Source: Candidatus Poseidoniia archaeon (GTDB taxonomy: Archaea; Thermoplasmatota; Poseidoniia; MGIII; CG-Epi1). From it: a stretch of DNA of 38,018 bases. A model generated the notes under the pieces. That model worked only from the letters and a program-made list of their open reading frames with translations, did no database searches and had not been told where the DNA came from. The translations under genes were made by a program, and so were the position numbers. Positions within the stretch are counted from its first letter, which is position 1, and each line of letters opens with the position of its first letter. The DNA is taken from assembly GCA_029941645.1 (NCBI GenBank), contig JAPYSZ010000003.1:1-38018 (forward strand), read 5' to 3'. Shown here piece after piece: positions 19,148-28,186 of the stretch.

Positions 19148-19957
19148 TTAGTATTCTTCTTCATTATTTGGGAACTCTTTGTTCTTTACATCTTTACAAT
19201 ATCGTTCGATTGCATTGTTAATATCATCAAAGAGATTCAAATATCTGCGTAGGAAACGCGGATTAAATTCATGAGTCATTCCTAACATATCGTGTAGAAC
19301 AAGGACTTGCCCATCAACATCAGCTCCAGCTCCAATTCCTATAATTGGTATGTTTACTGATTTGGCTACTTTTTTTGCCAATTGTGCCGGTATTTTTTCC
19401 AATACGATTGAGAAGCATCCAGCTTTCTCTAAAAATTTAGCATCCTCCACTAATTTTTTAGCTTCTGCATTTTCTTTTGCTCTGACTGTATATGTTCCGA
19501 ACTTATAAATTGACTGAGGTGTTAAACCGAGATGTCCCATAACTGGGATTCCTGCAGTAAGAATTCTTTCAATCGAATCTATTACTTCTGATCCTCCTTC
19601 TAATTTGACAGCATGAGCACCTGATTCTTTCATTATTCTAATTGATGAGCGGAGAGCTTTTTTTGAGTCACCTTGGTAAGAACCAAACGGTAAGTCAATA
19701 ACAATTAGTGATCTTTTTGCAGCCCTTACTACCGATGACGCATGATATATCATATTATCTAAAGTAATAGGTAATGTGGTTTCATGGCCAGCCATTACAT
19801 TTGATGCAGAGTCTCCAACTAATATCACATCAACACCAGCATTATCTACAATTTTAGCCAGTGTGTAATCATAGGCTGTTAACATAGTAATCTTTTCTCC
19901 ATTGTTTTTCATTTCTTGGAGAACATTGGTTGTTATTCTTTTGTAATTTGGGCCCAT
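19148..19957 (-). CDS. panB: 3-methyl-2-oxobutanoate hydroxymethyltransferase
   Basis: [51 protein letters not shown]. Confidence 0.97.
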   Translation of the reverse strand: MGPNYKRITTNVLQEMKNNGEKITMLTAYDYTLAKIVDNAGVDVILVGDSASNVMAGHETTLPITLDNMIYHASSVVRAAKRSLIVIDLPFGSYQGDSKKALRSSIRIMKESGAHAVKLEGGSEVIDSIERILTAGIPVMGHLGLTPQSIYKFGTYTVRAKENAEAKKLVEDAKFLEKAGCFSIVLEKIPAQLAKKVAKSVNIPIIGIGAGADVDGQVLVLHDMLGMTHEFNPRFLRRYLNLFDDINNAIERYCKDVKNKEFPNNEEEY

Positions 19958-20041
19958 GGCATTACCTTTTCCGGGGTCTAGCCATCCAGAGCTGACTAGT
20001 TATTATTTGCCATTTATTGAATCAAAATTAGGTGCATTTAC

Positions 20042-20057
20042 CCGAACTCTTTTAATA
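20042..20057 (+). promoter_or_regulatory. BRE/TATA of the nuo/fpo operon; possibly shared with the divergent panB
   Basis: CCGAA...TTTTAATA (20050-20057), ~22-29 nt upstream of GTG 20079; reads TATTAAAA on the minus strand. Confidence 0.5.
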
Positions 20058-20078
20058 GGGTTTGACAACAGGGTGTTC

Positions 20079-20438
20079 GTGCTGGGAGACGAGTACGTTC
20101 CTATAGGGATTTTTGCGCTTATTGCGCTTTCATTTCCTGTAATGACATTTTTCATCGGAAGGTTCTTCCGACCCCATAATGACAATGCTCTAAAAAATTC
20201 AACATATGAGTGTGGCGAGGTGCCTGTAGGTGAAGCTCATATACAATTTCATTTCCAATATTATATGTTTGCAATTTTGTTTGTGGTGTTTGATTTAGTC
20301 GTTGTATTCCTAATACTTTGGGTACAAGTATATCTTGACTTAGCAATAGCAGCCAAAGTTGTGATGTTGTTATTTTTACTTTTAACATTATTGGGGTTAT
20401 GGTATGCTTTTAGAAAGGAGGATGTAATCTGGATATGA
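20079..20438 (+). CDS. nuoA: Complex I/Fpo subunit A
   Basis: KNSTYECGEVP, FHFQYYMFAILFVVFD. The ORF-track start 19956 overlaps panB and the promoter; GTG 20079 (or 20073) gives a normal ~119-aa subunit. Confidence 0.92.
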   Translation: MLGDEYVPIGIFALIALSFPVMTFFIGRFFRPHNDNALKNSTYECGEVPVGEAHIQFHFQYYMFAILFVVFDLVVVFLILWVQVYLDLAIAAKVVMLLFLLLTLLGLWYAFRKEDVIWI

Positions 20439-21076
20439 GTTCTAAAGGCGTACGTGGCAATCCAAGCCTTAGAAGAGGTGTCGGTTCTAAAACTACAGAT
20501 TCTGAAAAAATAATGGAAGATCCACCAGCGGGTGATTGGTTAGCATTAAGGTCGGATCAGTTACTCAAATGGATTGATGATGCCGTCTATAATGCAGCTG
20601 AAGCAACAGGTATGCGAGAGGTTGTTGACCGTGTTACACGGCCAATTTTTAATTATGCTCAAAGATTTTCACCTCATCCTTTGCACTTTGGTATAATGTG
20701 TTGTGCCATTGAAATGGGTCAGGCATCAGCTCCAGATCATGATATTGATAGATTAGGTTTGGTCTACCGTTCATCTCCAAGACAGTGTGATATTTTGATA
20801 GTCAATGGCCCCGTCTGTGAAAAATTAAGACCTAAATTGAAGACATTATACGAACAAATGCCTGAGCCGAAGTGGGTAATTGCCATGGGTGAATGCGCAA
20901 TCTCAGGAGGTCCATATTGGGATTCCTATTCTGTTGTTGCAGGTGCAGATACATTTATGCCCGTTGATGTTTACATACCAGGTTGTCCCGTCCGTCCAGA
21001 GGCTTTAATGCATGGTTTTCTAACTTTACAAAAGAAAATTAGAGAGAAAGAGCCAGGTATGTTTCTGAGGAGGTAA
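20435..21076 (+). CDS. nuoB: Complex I/Fpo subunit B (N2 cluster)
   Basis: CCAIEM, RSSPRQCD, YEQMPEPKWVIAMGEC, DVYIPGCPVRPE. Confidence 0.96.
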   Translation: MSSKGVRGNPSLRRGVGSKTTDSEKIMEDPPAGDWLALRSDQLLKWIDDAVYNAAEATGMREVVDRVTRPIFNYAQRFSPHPLHFGIMCCAIEMGQASAPDHDIDRLGLVYRSSPRQCDILIVNGPVCEKLRPKLKTLYEQMPEPKWVIAMGECAISGGPYWDSYSVVAGADTFMPVDVYIPGCPVRPEALMHGFLTLQKKIREKEPGMFLRR

Positions 21077-21078
21077 TT

Positions 21079-21558
21079 ATGGAGATAACTTCCTTTAAGC
21101 AGAAATTATCATCCTGTGAGGGTGTTACTGAAGTTTCAGTAATTAGAGATAATGTTGTTAAGTTAAATTTAGGAAATAAAGAATCTAAGGATTTTTTTAT
21201 TAAGTTAAGAGAAGATTATGGTTTTGAGCATTGTTCTTTAATCACTGCGATAGATAACCAACCCGAATTCGAATTAGTTTATCACTTTTCAGCAATAAAT
21301 GGTTCAGTTTTTGTTAAAAACAGCCCCTCTGCAGTAATGGTAGAGGTGCATGTATTTTTAGAACGGGACACGCCTACTATTGAATCCATTTCAGATCTAT
21401 GGGGTGGCGCTAATTGGCATGAAAGAGAGGCTTTTGATATGATGGGGATTTATTTTATTGGGCATCCTGACCTGCGTAGAGTACTTCTACCAGAGGGATT
21501 TGCTGGTCATCCATTAAGAAAGGATTACGTGTATGAGATACACGAGGAGGAGTGGTAA
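21079..21558 (+). CDS. nuoC: Complex I/Fpo subunit C
   Basis: ANWHEREAFDMMGIYFIGHPDLRRVLLP..FAGHPLRKDY. Confidence 0.96.
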   Translation: MEITSFKQKLSSCEGVTEVSVIRDNVVKLNLGNKESKDFFIKLREDYGFEHCSLITAIDNQPEFELVYHFSAINGSVFVKNSPSAVMVEVHVFLERDTPTIESISDLWGGANWHEREAFDMMGIYFIGHPDLRRVLLPEGFAGHPLRKDYVYEIHEEEW

Positions 21559-22652
21559 TGGCTGAAATGTGGATTAGTATGGGTCCTCAGCATCCTATGA
21601 CTCATGGGTTATGGACATTAAAAGTCAAAGTTGATGGAGAAACTATTGTTGATGCAGATCCTGAACTCGGCTATCTCCATCGGTCGGTGGAAAAGATGGG
21701 TGAACGTAGAAAGTATTTCATGAATACTACACTAACTGATAGGTTGTGTTATGCTAGTTCAACAACCTGGACCCATTGTTATGTCAATACAGTAGAAGAA
21801 TTAATGAAGGTAGAAGTTCCCCAGAGGGCAAAGTACATTCGTACAATTATGCTAGAATTACAGAGGCTTGCGTCTCATTTAATGTGGGCTGGTGCTTACA
21901 TGCCTGATTTAGGTCATATTACGGGGGCCTTGTATTTTTGGAGAGATAGAGAATTATTTTTGAATTTATTAGAAGCTCCAAGTGGTAGCCGTTTGTTGTA
22001 TAATTACATAAGGATTGGTGGTGTTAAGAGAGATTTACCTGATGGTTTTGAGGCTAAAACAGAACGAGTTATGAAATTGTTTGAGCAGAGATTAGATGAA
22101 TACGCTGATCTTTTTGAAAATTCTAAAATATTTAGAATGCGTACTGAGGATGTTGGAAAGTTCACAGCTTCACAAGCACAGAATTTGGGAATAACAGGAC
22201 CTAATCTAAGGGGTTGTGGTACTAAATTTGATTTGAGAAAACATGATGCTTATGAGATATATGATGAAGTTGATTGGGATATTCAAACTAGAGAAGCTGG
22301 CCCTGGATATGGTGATTGTTTCAGTAGATATATGGTAAGAATAGATGAAATGAAGGAATCAGTCCGTATTATACGTGATTGTTTCAAGAAAATGCCAGCA
22401 GGTCCAACGCTAGCGTCACAAATCCCCGTTCGTGCACAGGGAGAAGCATTTAGGCGTACTGAAGATTCTAGAGGTGAAGCTCTCATGTATGTTGTTGGTG
22501 ACGGTTCAGATAGGCCTTACAGATGGAAAATAAAGAGCCCGATGTTTACTACAATTTCAGCATGTCCTCATTATCTTAAAGGCTACAAAGTTGCAGACAT
22601 CCCTGCTATAATGGGAAGTATTGACATTTGTATAGGAGAGACAGACAAATGA
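21558..22652 (+). CDS. nuoD: Complex I/Fpo subunit D
   Basis: MGPQHPMTHG, GYLHR, DRLCY, ELQRLASHL, SRGE, IDICIGETDK; ATG 21558 overlaps the nuoC stop and follows a GAGGAGG SD. Confidence 0.96.
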   Translation: MAEMWISMGPQHPMTHGLWTLKVKVDGETIVDADPELGYLHRSVEKMGERRKYFMNTTLTDRLCYASSTTWTHCYVNTVEELMKVEVPQRAKYIRTIMLELQRLASHLMWAGAYMPDLGHITGALYFWRDRELFLNLLEAPSGSRLLYNYIRIGGVKRDLPDGFEAKTERVMKLFEQRLDEYADLFENSKIFRMRTEDVGKFTASQAQNLGITGPNLRGCGTKFDLRKHDAYEIYDEVDWDIQTREAGPGYGDCFSRYMVRIDEMKESVRIIRDCFKKMPAGPTLASQIPVRAQGEAFRRTEDSRGEALMYVVGDGSDRPYRWKIKSPMFTTISACPHYLKGYKVADIPAIMGSIDICIGETDK

Positions 22653-23881
22653 GTTTGTTCAGCTTCTGTAAATGGATGGCCGAGTGGACTGCTCAAAAGA
22701 TGCTTATACCTATATTTGAGTTTCAAGAGGGTTTGTTCCCTCCATTTACTAATCCAGCAGGTTCAATTGCGGATTGGTTAGGAACTGATGGCGGTATTAC
22801 GACACTAGCTTGGCTGTACGCAGTTAATATTGCATTTGCAGTGGGAATGACGAATCTGATTTTAGTTATACACTTAGAAAGAAAGATAGCTGCGCGTATC
22901 CAAGATCGTCGAGGGCCGATGCTTTCTTTCCGTTCATTTAGAGAGTTGGGTGAGGACTTAGCAGGTAGTGCACCTTCATGGAAATTTAAGGAGAATTATG
23001 CAGGTATAGGTATCCTTCAGAATCTGGCTGATGGTATCAAAGCAATTGCTAAGGAATTGATTGTCCCTGCTAAAGCGGATAAATTTCTCTTCACAATGGG
23101 TCCTATTATTTTCATTTCATCATCAGTATTTTTGTTAGTTCTTTTTCCTTTATCTGATAGATTTGCAGCTTCTTCAGCTCCTGCAGGTTTGATGGTGATT
23201 ATGGCTGCATTTTCAATTGCACCTATTGGAGTTTTAACTTCTGGTTGGGCTTCCAATAATAAGTATTCAATGATTGGAGGTATGCGTTCAGCAGCTCAGC
23301 TCATGTCATATGAAATTCCTTTGTTGCTGAGTATGGCTGGTGTCTTTCTCATGGCTGGTTCTTATGACCCTGTGGTTATTGTAGAACAGCAGCAAGCATC
23401 TTCTTGGTTCTTTGGGATTCCAATTTGGAATTTCATACCGCAGTTTATAGGTTTTATAGTATTTATGATATGTATTCTAGCTGAAGTTGAAAGGGTTCCT
23501 TTTGATCTTCCTGAAGCTGAAGCTGAATTAGTTGAAGGATGGACTACTGAATACAGTGGAATAAGATATATGTTCTTCTTGATGGCAGAATATATTCGAG
23601 GTTTTGCAGGTGCGGCGGTTGCTACGATTTTATTCTTAGGTGGTTGGGCAGGGCCTTGGCCAATTCCTCCAGAAATTTGGTTTTTAACTAAAGTCTATTT
23701 GATAATAATTTTCTGGATTTTTATTAGATGGTCTGTTCCTAGAATAAGGACCGATCAAATTTTAGAACTCGGATGGAAAAAATTATTGCCTTTATCATTA
23801 ATAAACCTTCTAATCGTAATATTTATGGTTGAGATTTACCCTTATTTTTCAGAAATAGTTAGCCTTCCGGAGGTATTCTAA
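22649..23881 (+). CDS. nuoH: Complex I/Fpo subunit H
   Basis: ERKIAARIQDRRGP, QNLADGIK, GWASNNKYS..GGMRSAAQLMSYE, RVPFDLPEAEAELVEG, PRIRTDQ; ATG 22649 (ATGA overlap) preferred as start. Confidence 0.96.
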   Translation: MSLFSFCKWMAEWTAQKMLIPIFEFQEGLFPPFTNPAGSIADWLGTDGGITTLAWLYAVNIAFAVGMTNLILVIHLERKIAARIQDRRGPMLSFRSFRELGEDLAGSAPSWKFKENYAGIGILQNLADGIKAIAKELIVPAKADKFLFTMGPIIFISSSVFLLVLFPLSDRFAASSAPAGLMVIMAAFSIAPIGVLTSGWASNNKYSMIGGMRSAAQLMSYEIPLLLSMAGVFLMAGSYDPVVIVEQQQASSWFFGIPIWNFIPQFIGFIVFMICILAEVERVPFDLPEAEAELVEGWTTEYSGIRYMFFLMAEYIRGFAGAAVATILFLGGWAGPWPIPPEIWFLTKVYLIIIFWIFIRWSVPRIRTDQILELGWKKLLPLSLINLLIVIFMVEIYPYFSEIVSLPEVF

Positions 23882-23882
23882 A

Positions 23883-24659
23883 ATGAAGAGTGAAAGAGAC
23901 CTTGGCATAATGGATATAATTGTAAATCCAATGAAAGTTACCTTAAAACAGTTTTTCAAGTCAACATTTGGCAAACCTACAACAGTAATGTATCCTCTTG
24001 AAAAAAGAGCTCCGCCCCCTACCTATAGAGGTATGAATGCTGTAATCTGGGATCTTTGTATTGGATGTGGCATATGTGGTGAAGTTTGTCCTAATAAATG
24101 TTTGAAGATGAAACCTGTCGATTTATCGGATGAAGAGCAGGACAAGGCTTGGTATGGTTCACACTTAGCTAAGAGGAAAAGTAAGGCTGAACGACCTGCA
24201 ATTAATTTTGGTCATTGTATGTTTTGTGGTTTTTGTGAGGACTATTGCCCTACTGGTGCCATGACAATGACGGATTTTTATGAATTAGCAGACACAACGC
24301 GTGAGGGTTTGATTTATCCTGCAAGATCTATGAAAGTTGATTTAGAAGACGCTCCTCAATTACCACTTACAAATTATATGATGGAATCTCCTGTTTTAGA
24401 TGCAGATCCTTGTATTGGCTGTAGTAAATGTGTGGATAATTGTCCTACTAATTGTATTATTATGGATCTAGGTCCACAAAATAAGAAAATGAAGAGTGGC
24501 AAAGTTCGAAATGTAGAAAATCCTTACTTTGATTATACTATTTGTATTGGCTGTTCAACTTGTGTTAAGGTATGTCCTGCAGACTGTTTGCATATGGAAC
24601 CTATTAGCAATTCTAGTTCCAGTGGTTTAAGTGAGGAGGGTGCTTCTAACGAGGCTTGA
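23883..24659 (+). CDS. nuoI: Complex I/Fpo subunit I with an extra 2x[4Fe-4S] ferredoxin domain
   Basis: TVMYP.EK..YRG, then CIGCGICGEVCP, CMFCGFCEDYCP, CIGCSKCVDNCP, CIGCSTCVKVCP. Confidence 0.93.
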   Translation: MKSERDLGIMDIIVNPMKVTLKQFFKSTFGKPTTVMYPLEKRAPPPTYRGMNAVIWDLCIGCGICGEVCPNKCLKMKPVDLSDEEQDKAWYGSHLAKRKSKAERPAINFGHCMFCGFCEDYCPTGAMTMTDFYELADTTREGLIYPARSMKVDLEDAPQLPLTNYMMESPVLDADPCIGCSKCVDNCPTNCIIMDLGPQNKKMKSGKVRNVENPYFDYTICIGCSTCVKVCPADCLHMEPISNSSSSGLSEEGASNEA

Positions 24660-24928
24660 TATTTTTGGCTTTAGATCTCCTTGTTTTCTGGTTTTTAGCC
24701 GGTTTAATCTTAGCTGCAGCTTGGGCAGTGGTTAATGGGAACGATATTGTTCACTCAGTCGTTTGGTTATCTACTGTATTTCTTTTGACAGCAGGCCTAT
24801 TCATTTTGGCAGAGGCTGAGTTTTTAGCAGTTATTCAGGTTTTAGTCTATGTGGGTGCTATTTCGGTTGTTATAATTTTTGGAATTATGCTAACTAAAAG
24901 AACGTTGAAGGGAGGAGAAGATGTCTAA
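24656..24928 (+). CDS. nuoJ: Complex I/Fpo subunit J, N-terminal half (J1)
   Basis: VHSVVWL, AEFLAVIQVLVYVGAISVVIIFGIMLT; TTG start overlaps the nuoI stop. Confidence 0.93.
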   Translation: MIFLALDLLVFWFLAGLILAAAWAVVNGNDIVHSVVWLSTVFLLTAGLFILAEAEFLAVIQVLVYVGAISVVIIFGIMLTKRTLKGGEDV

Positions 24929-25709
24929 CCGTACAGTAATTTGGGTTCGGGATGCCTTAGTGATATTTTTTTCATTTTATGTTGTTTTTGCTGTAGCTTC
25001 TGTTCCGTGGGCTAATCTGAAAGTTTCCCCTCCTCTTCCAGAGACTTGTGAAACGGGTTGTCCACCTGTAGTTAGCTTTCCAGAAAATGGATATTATCAT
25101 TATCAGAATTCTGTTACTTTTGAGTGGAGTTCAGTTTCTGTTGGTTACAGAATTGTAGTTACTGAAGTTGATACTGGCGATGTAAAAATGGATAAGAATA
25201 TAACTAATGAAGTAACTTCAACAACGTCTAGATTACCAGCAGGTACTTATCTTACAAGAGTATATTATACGGGAATTGCAGGTTCAACATTTAGCACATA
25301 TCCTATATTAAAATCTGAATTTGTAACTATTGAAACTTCTTCAAAGATTACTATGGTTTGGCCTGAGGTTAGTGTAACTTATGGTTTAGAAATTAGGGTT
25401 ATTAAGGAGGCGGAAAATGAATTGCCTGAAATTGTTAAAGTCTATGAAGTTAATATGTTAGAGGAATCATCCTACACTTATTCTGATTTTGAAAATGGTA
25501 AATCTTATTCTTGGTCAGTTTATGTCCAGGATTCAAAAGGATATACTTCGGCGTCATCTCCTTTTCATGTAGTTAATATAGATACTACTAAATTTTTGGC
25601 TTTTGAACTTTTTAATAATTGGGAAGTCCCTTTCATTCTTTTAGGAGTTATGATGGTTATAGCAATGCAAGCAGGTGTTTTTCTGGCAAGGGAGGAACTA
25701 AATGATTGA
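24921..25709 (+). CDS. Complex I/Fpo subunit J, C-terminal half (J2) with a large beta-rich soluble insert
   Basis: N-terminal TM; C-terminal LAFELFNNWEVPFILLGVMMVIAMQAGVFLARE matches the last NuoJ helix; lies between J1 and K; GGAGGAG SD. Confidence 0.85.
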   Translation: MSNRTVIWVRDALVIFFSFYVVFAVASVPWANLKVSPPLPETCETGCPPVVSFPENGYYHYQNSVTFEWSSVSVGYRIVVTEVDTGDVKMDKNITNEVTSTTSRLPAGTYLTRVYYTGIAGSTFSTYPILKSEFVTIETSSKITMVWPEVSVTYGLEIRVIKEAENELPEIVKVYEVNMLEESSYTYSDFENGKSYSWSVYVQDSKGYTSASSPFHVVNIDTTKFLAFELFNNWEVPFILLGVMMVIAMQAGVFLAREELND

Positions 25710-26004
25710 TCCAATTAATTTTGTTGTATTCTCTTCTATTTTATTGCTGATTGGAGCATATGGAGTAATTCGAAATAAGAATGCTATTGTTGTTTTGATG
25801 TCTGTTGAAATAATGCTTACAGCAGCCAACGTAAATTTTATAGCTTTTTCAAGCTTTTACAATGATTTATCAGGTCAAATAGTTGCGTTATTCGTTACAA
25901 CAATTGCTGCGGCTGAAGTTGCAATAGGTTTGGCAATATTGTTGAGTTTGTTTAAACAAAGAGATACTATTGAGTTAGATTTACTGAATAGTTTGAGGTG
26001 GTAA
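25702..26004 (+). CDS. nuoK: Complex I/Fpo subunit K
   Basis: VLMSVEIML.AANVNF, GQIVALFV..IAAAEVAIGLAI. Confidence 0.96.
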   Translation: MIDPINFVVFSSILLLIGAYGVIRNKNAIVVLMSVEIMLTAANVNFIAFSSFYNDLSGQIVALFVTTIAAAEVAIGLAILLSLFKQRDTIELDLLNSLRW

Positions 26005-26005
26005 A

Positions 26006-28186
26006 ATGTCAAATAATGATAATCAAAATTCTGAATCTGACTTGTTGAGGTTTATTTCATTAAGTTTGGCAGCTTCACTTATTCTGTTTTATTTTTCTAC
26101 AGATGGTTTGGCAGATGATTTCGTTAGTGTAGCTTGGATGATTCCTGTTTTTCCTATTGTTTCATTCGTGGCAATTTTGTTATTTGGGCACATGGATTCA
26201 AGAAAAGGTGGTTCTTTTGCTCTAGCAGGTATTGGTTTATCTGCAGTATTTTCTTTAGCCATTGCCTACGATGTTCTGATACAAAATTCATTACATGGAG
26301 AGTATGTAGAATCAACTAGAACTTGGTTTAGTGGTGCGACTTATTCTTTTGATTTTGGTACGTATGTTGATGCCTTAGCTGCGTTGTTGTTGTTAGTAGT
26401 CGGTTTGGTTTCCTATCTTGTCATTGTTTTTTCAACAAGTTATATGGAGGAAGAAGGCGATCGCCAAGTAAGATACTTTGCAGAAATTTCTCTTTTCGTT
26501 GGAGTTATGCTCGGTTTGGTCGTAGCAAATTCATTCTTATTAATGTTTATTTTCTGGGAGTTAGTTGGTGTTTGTTCTTATCTTCTAATTGGTTTCTGGT
26601 ATGAGAAGCCATCCGCAGCTTCGGCAGCTAAAAAGGCGTTTTTGGTTACACGAGTAGGTGATGTGTTTTTGCTGATGGGGTTAGTTATACTATACAGTAC
26701 ATTCGGTACACTTAGATATTCAGAATTGTTCGATAACCCTGAAGATTTAGCAGCTAATGCTACAGAATTGAAATGGGCTACACTTTGTATATTCGGTGGT
26801 GCTGTTGGCAAATCGGCTCAATTTCCGTTACATGTATGGCTTCCAGACGCCATGGAAGGCCCTACTACAGTATCAGCACTGATACATGCTGCAACGATGG
26901 TCAAGGCTGGTGTTTTTTTGGTTGCTCGAGCTTATCCTTTGATTGTTCATAGTCCTGATACAGCAATTTACATTGCAGTAACGGGGGGTGTTACAGCATT
27001 CATCGCAGCTAGCATGGCTATGGTGATGTATGATATCAAAAGGGTTCTCGCTTATTCGACAATTTCTCAATTGGGGTATATGTTCCTTGCATTAGGTACA
27101 GGCGCTTGGGCTGTCTGGCATGCTGCAGAAAATGGAATAGAAGATCATGCTCAAGGGTATACTGCAGGTTTATTCCATTTGATGAATCATGCATTTTTCA
27201 AGGCTTTACTTTTCCTTGGTTCTGGTGCTGTTATACATTCAGTACACACTCAGGATATGCGAGAGATGGGTGGTTTACGCAAAGGTATGCCCATTACATC
27301 TGCGGCTATGGGTTTGGGTGTTCTTTCCATTGCTGGAGTTCCATTTTTCTCAGGTTTTTGGTCTAAGGATGAGATTCTTGAAGCAGTTCATCATAATTCC
27401 GAGGCAGAAGGTATTTTCGGTATATTGTGGTGGCTTGCACTGTTGACTGCAGCCATGACGGCTTTCTATATGACTCGATTATGGATGATGACTTTCAGTG
27501 GTCCGGAAAATCGTGTTGTTGAAGAAATGGTAGAGTCTAAAGACCATGCTGAAACGGGTAATTGGGAACTCAAGTCAAAGACGATTAAGTCCCATGCGCA
27601 CGAGGCACCTCTTGCTATGACTGCACCTCTTATGATTTTAGCTTCTCTTGCCGTCTTTTCTGGATTTTCGTTATTCCTTGGTGAGGGTTTTGGATCTAGA
27701 GTGTATTATGGCCATCATGCAGATTCTGAGTCTATGATTCAATGGTCTATCTTAGATCATATTCTAACATCATCTTTGACTTATCTTTCAGTTATTGTTG
27801 GTTTGAGTGGTGTTACTTTGGGTTATTTGTTCTATAAACGTGATTCTGAAGGTCAAACTACTTTCTCACCAGCGTTTGTAGAATCTTTTGCTGTAACCAG
27901 TTACTTGCATGTTTTTCTTTCGAATAGACTTTACATGTCAAAATTTTTTGATTGGTTTGGTATGAGAACCTGGGATACTGTTGCTAGGGCATGTGATTGG
28001 TTTGATATTTACATCATTGACGGTATAGTGAATGGTGTGGCTTCAGCTTCACAGTTTTTCAGTAGTCAAGTGAGAAAACTTAACTCAGGTTTTACAGGTC
28101 ATTATGCTTCACTTACAGTTGGTGGTTTGGGAGCTCTTGTAGTTATTACTAGAATAATAATGCCCTTTATGGGATGGTCACTATGA
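26006..28186 (+). CDS. nuoL: Complex I/Fpo antiporter-like subunit L
   Basis: FWELVGVCSYLLIGFW, KAFLVTRVGD, GKSAQFPLHVWLPDAMEGPT, HAATMV, LAYSTISQLG, HAFFKALLFL, GFWSKD. Confidence 0.97.
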   Translation: MSNNDNQNSESDLLRFISLSLAASLILFYFSTDGLADDFVSVAWMIPVFPIVSFVAILLFGHMDSRKGGSFALAGIGLSAVFSLAIAYDVLIQNSLHGEYVESTRTWFSGATYSFDFGTYVDALAALLLLVVGLVSYLVIVFSTSYMEEEGDRQVRYFAEISLFVGVMLGLVVANSFLLMFIFWELVGVCSYLLIGFWYEKPSAASAAKKAFLVTRVGDVFLLMGLVILYSTFGTLRYSELFDNPEDLAANATELKWATLCIFGGAVGKSAQFPLHVWLPDAMEGPTTVSALIHAATMVKAGVFLVARAYPLIVHSPDTAIYIAVTGGVTAFIAASMAMVMYDIKRVLAYSTISQLGYMFLALGTGAWAVWHAAENGIEDHAQGYTAGLFHLMNHAFFKALLFLGSGAVIHSVHTQDMREMGGLRKGMPITSAAMGLGVLSIAGVPFFSGFWSKDEILEAVHHNSEAEGIFGILWWLALLTAAMTAFYMTRLWMMTFSGPENRVVEEMVESKDHAETGNWELKSKTIKSHAHEAPLAMTAPLMILASLAVFSGFSLFLGEGFGSRVYYGHHADSESMIQWSILDHILTSSLTYLSVIVGLSGVTLGYLFYKRDSEGQTTFSPAFVESFAVTSYLHVFLSNRLYMSKFFDWFGMRTWDTVARACDWFDIYIIDGIVNGVASASQFFSSQVRKLNSGFTGHYASLTVGGLGALVVITRIIMPFMGWSL

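Noticed and set aside
19956..20078. 41-aa N-terminal extension of NuoA in the ORF track
   Set aside because: It overlaps the panB start and spans the TATA box; GTG 20079/20073 gives a normal-length NuoA.
21558..22652. Reading the operon as a group 4 NiFe hydrogenase
   Set aside because: Only one Cys of each CxxC pair is present, NuoB has the tandem CC of complex I, and no maturation genes are nearby.
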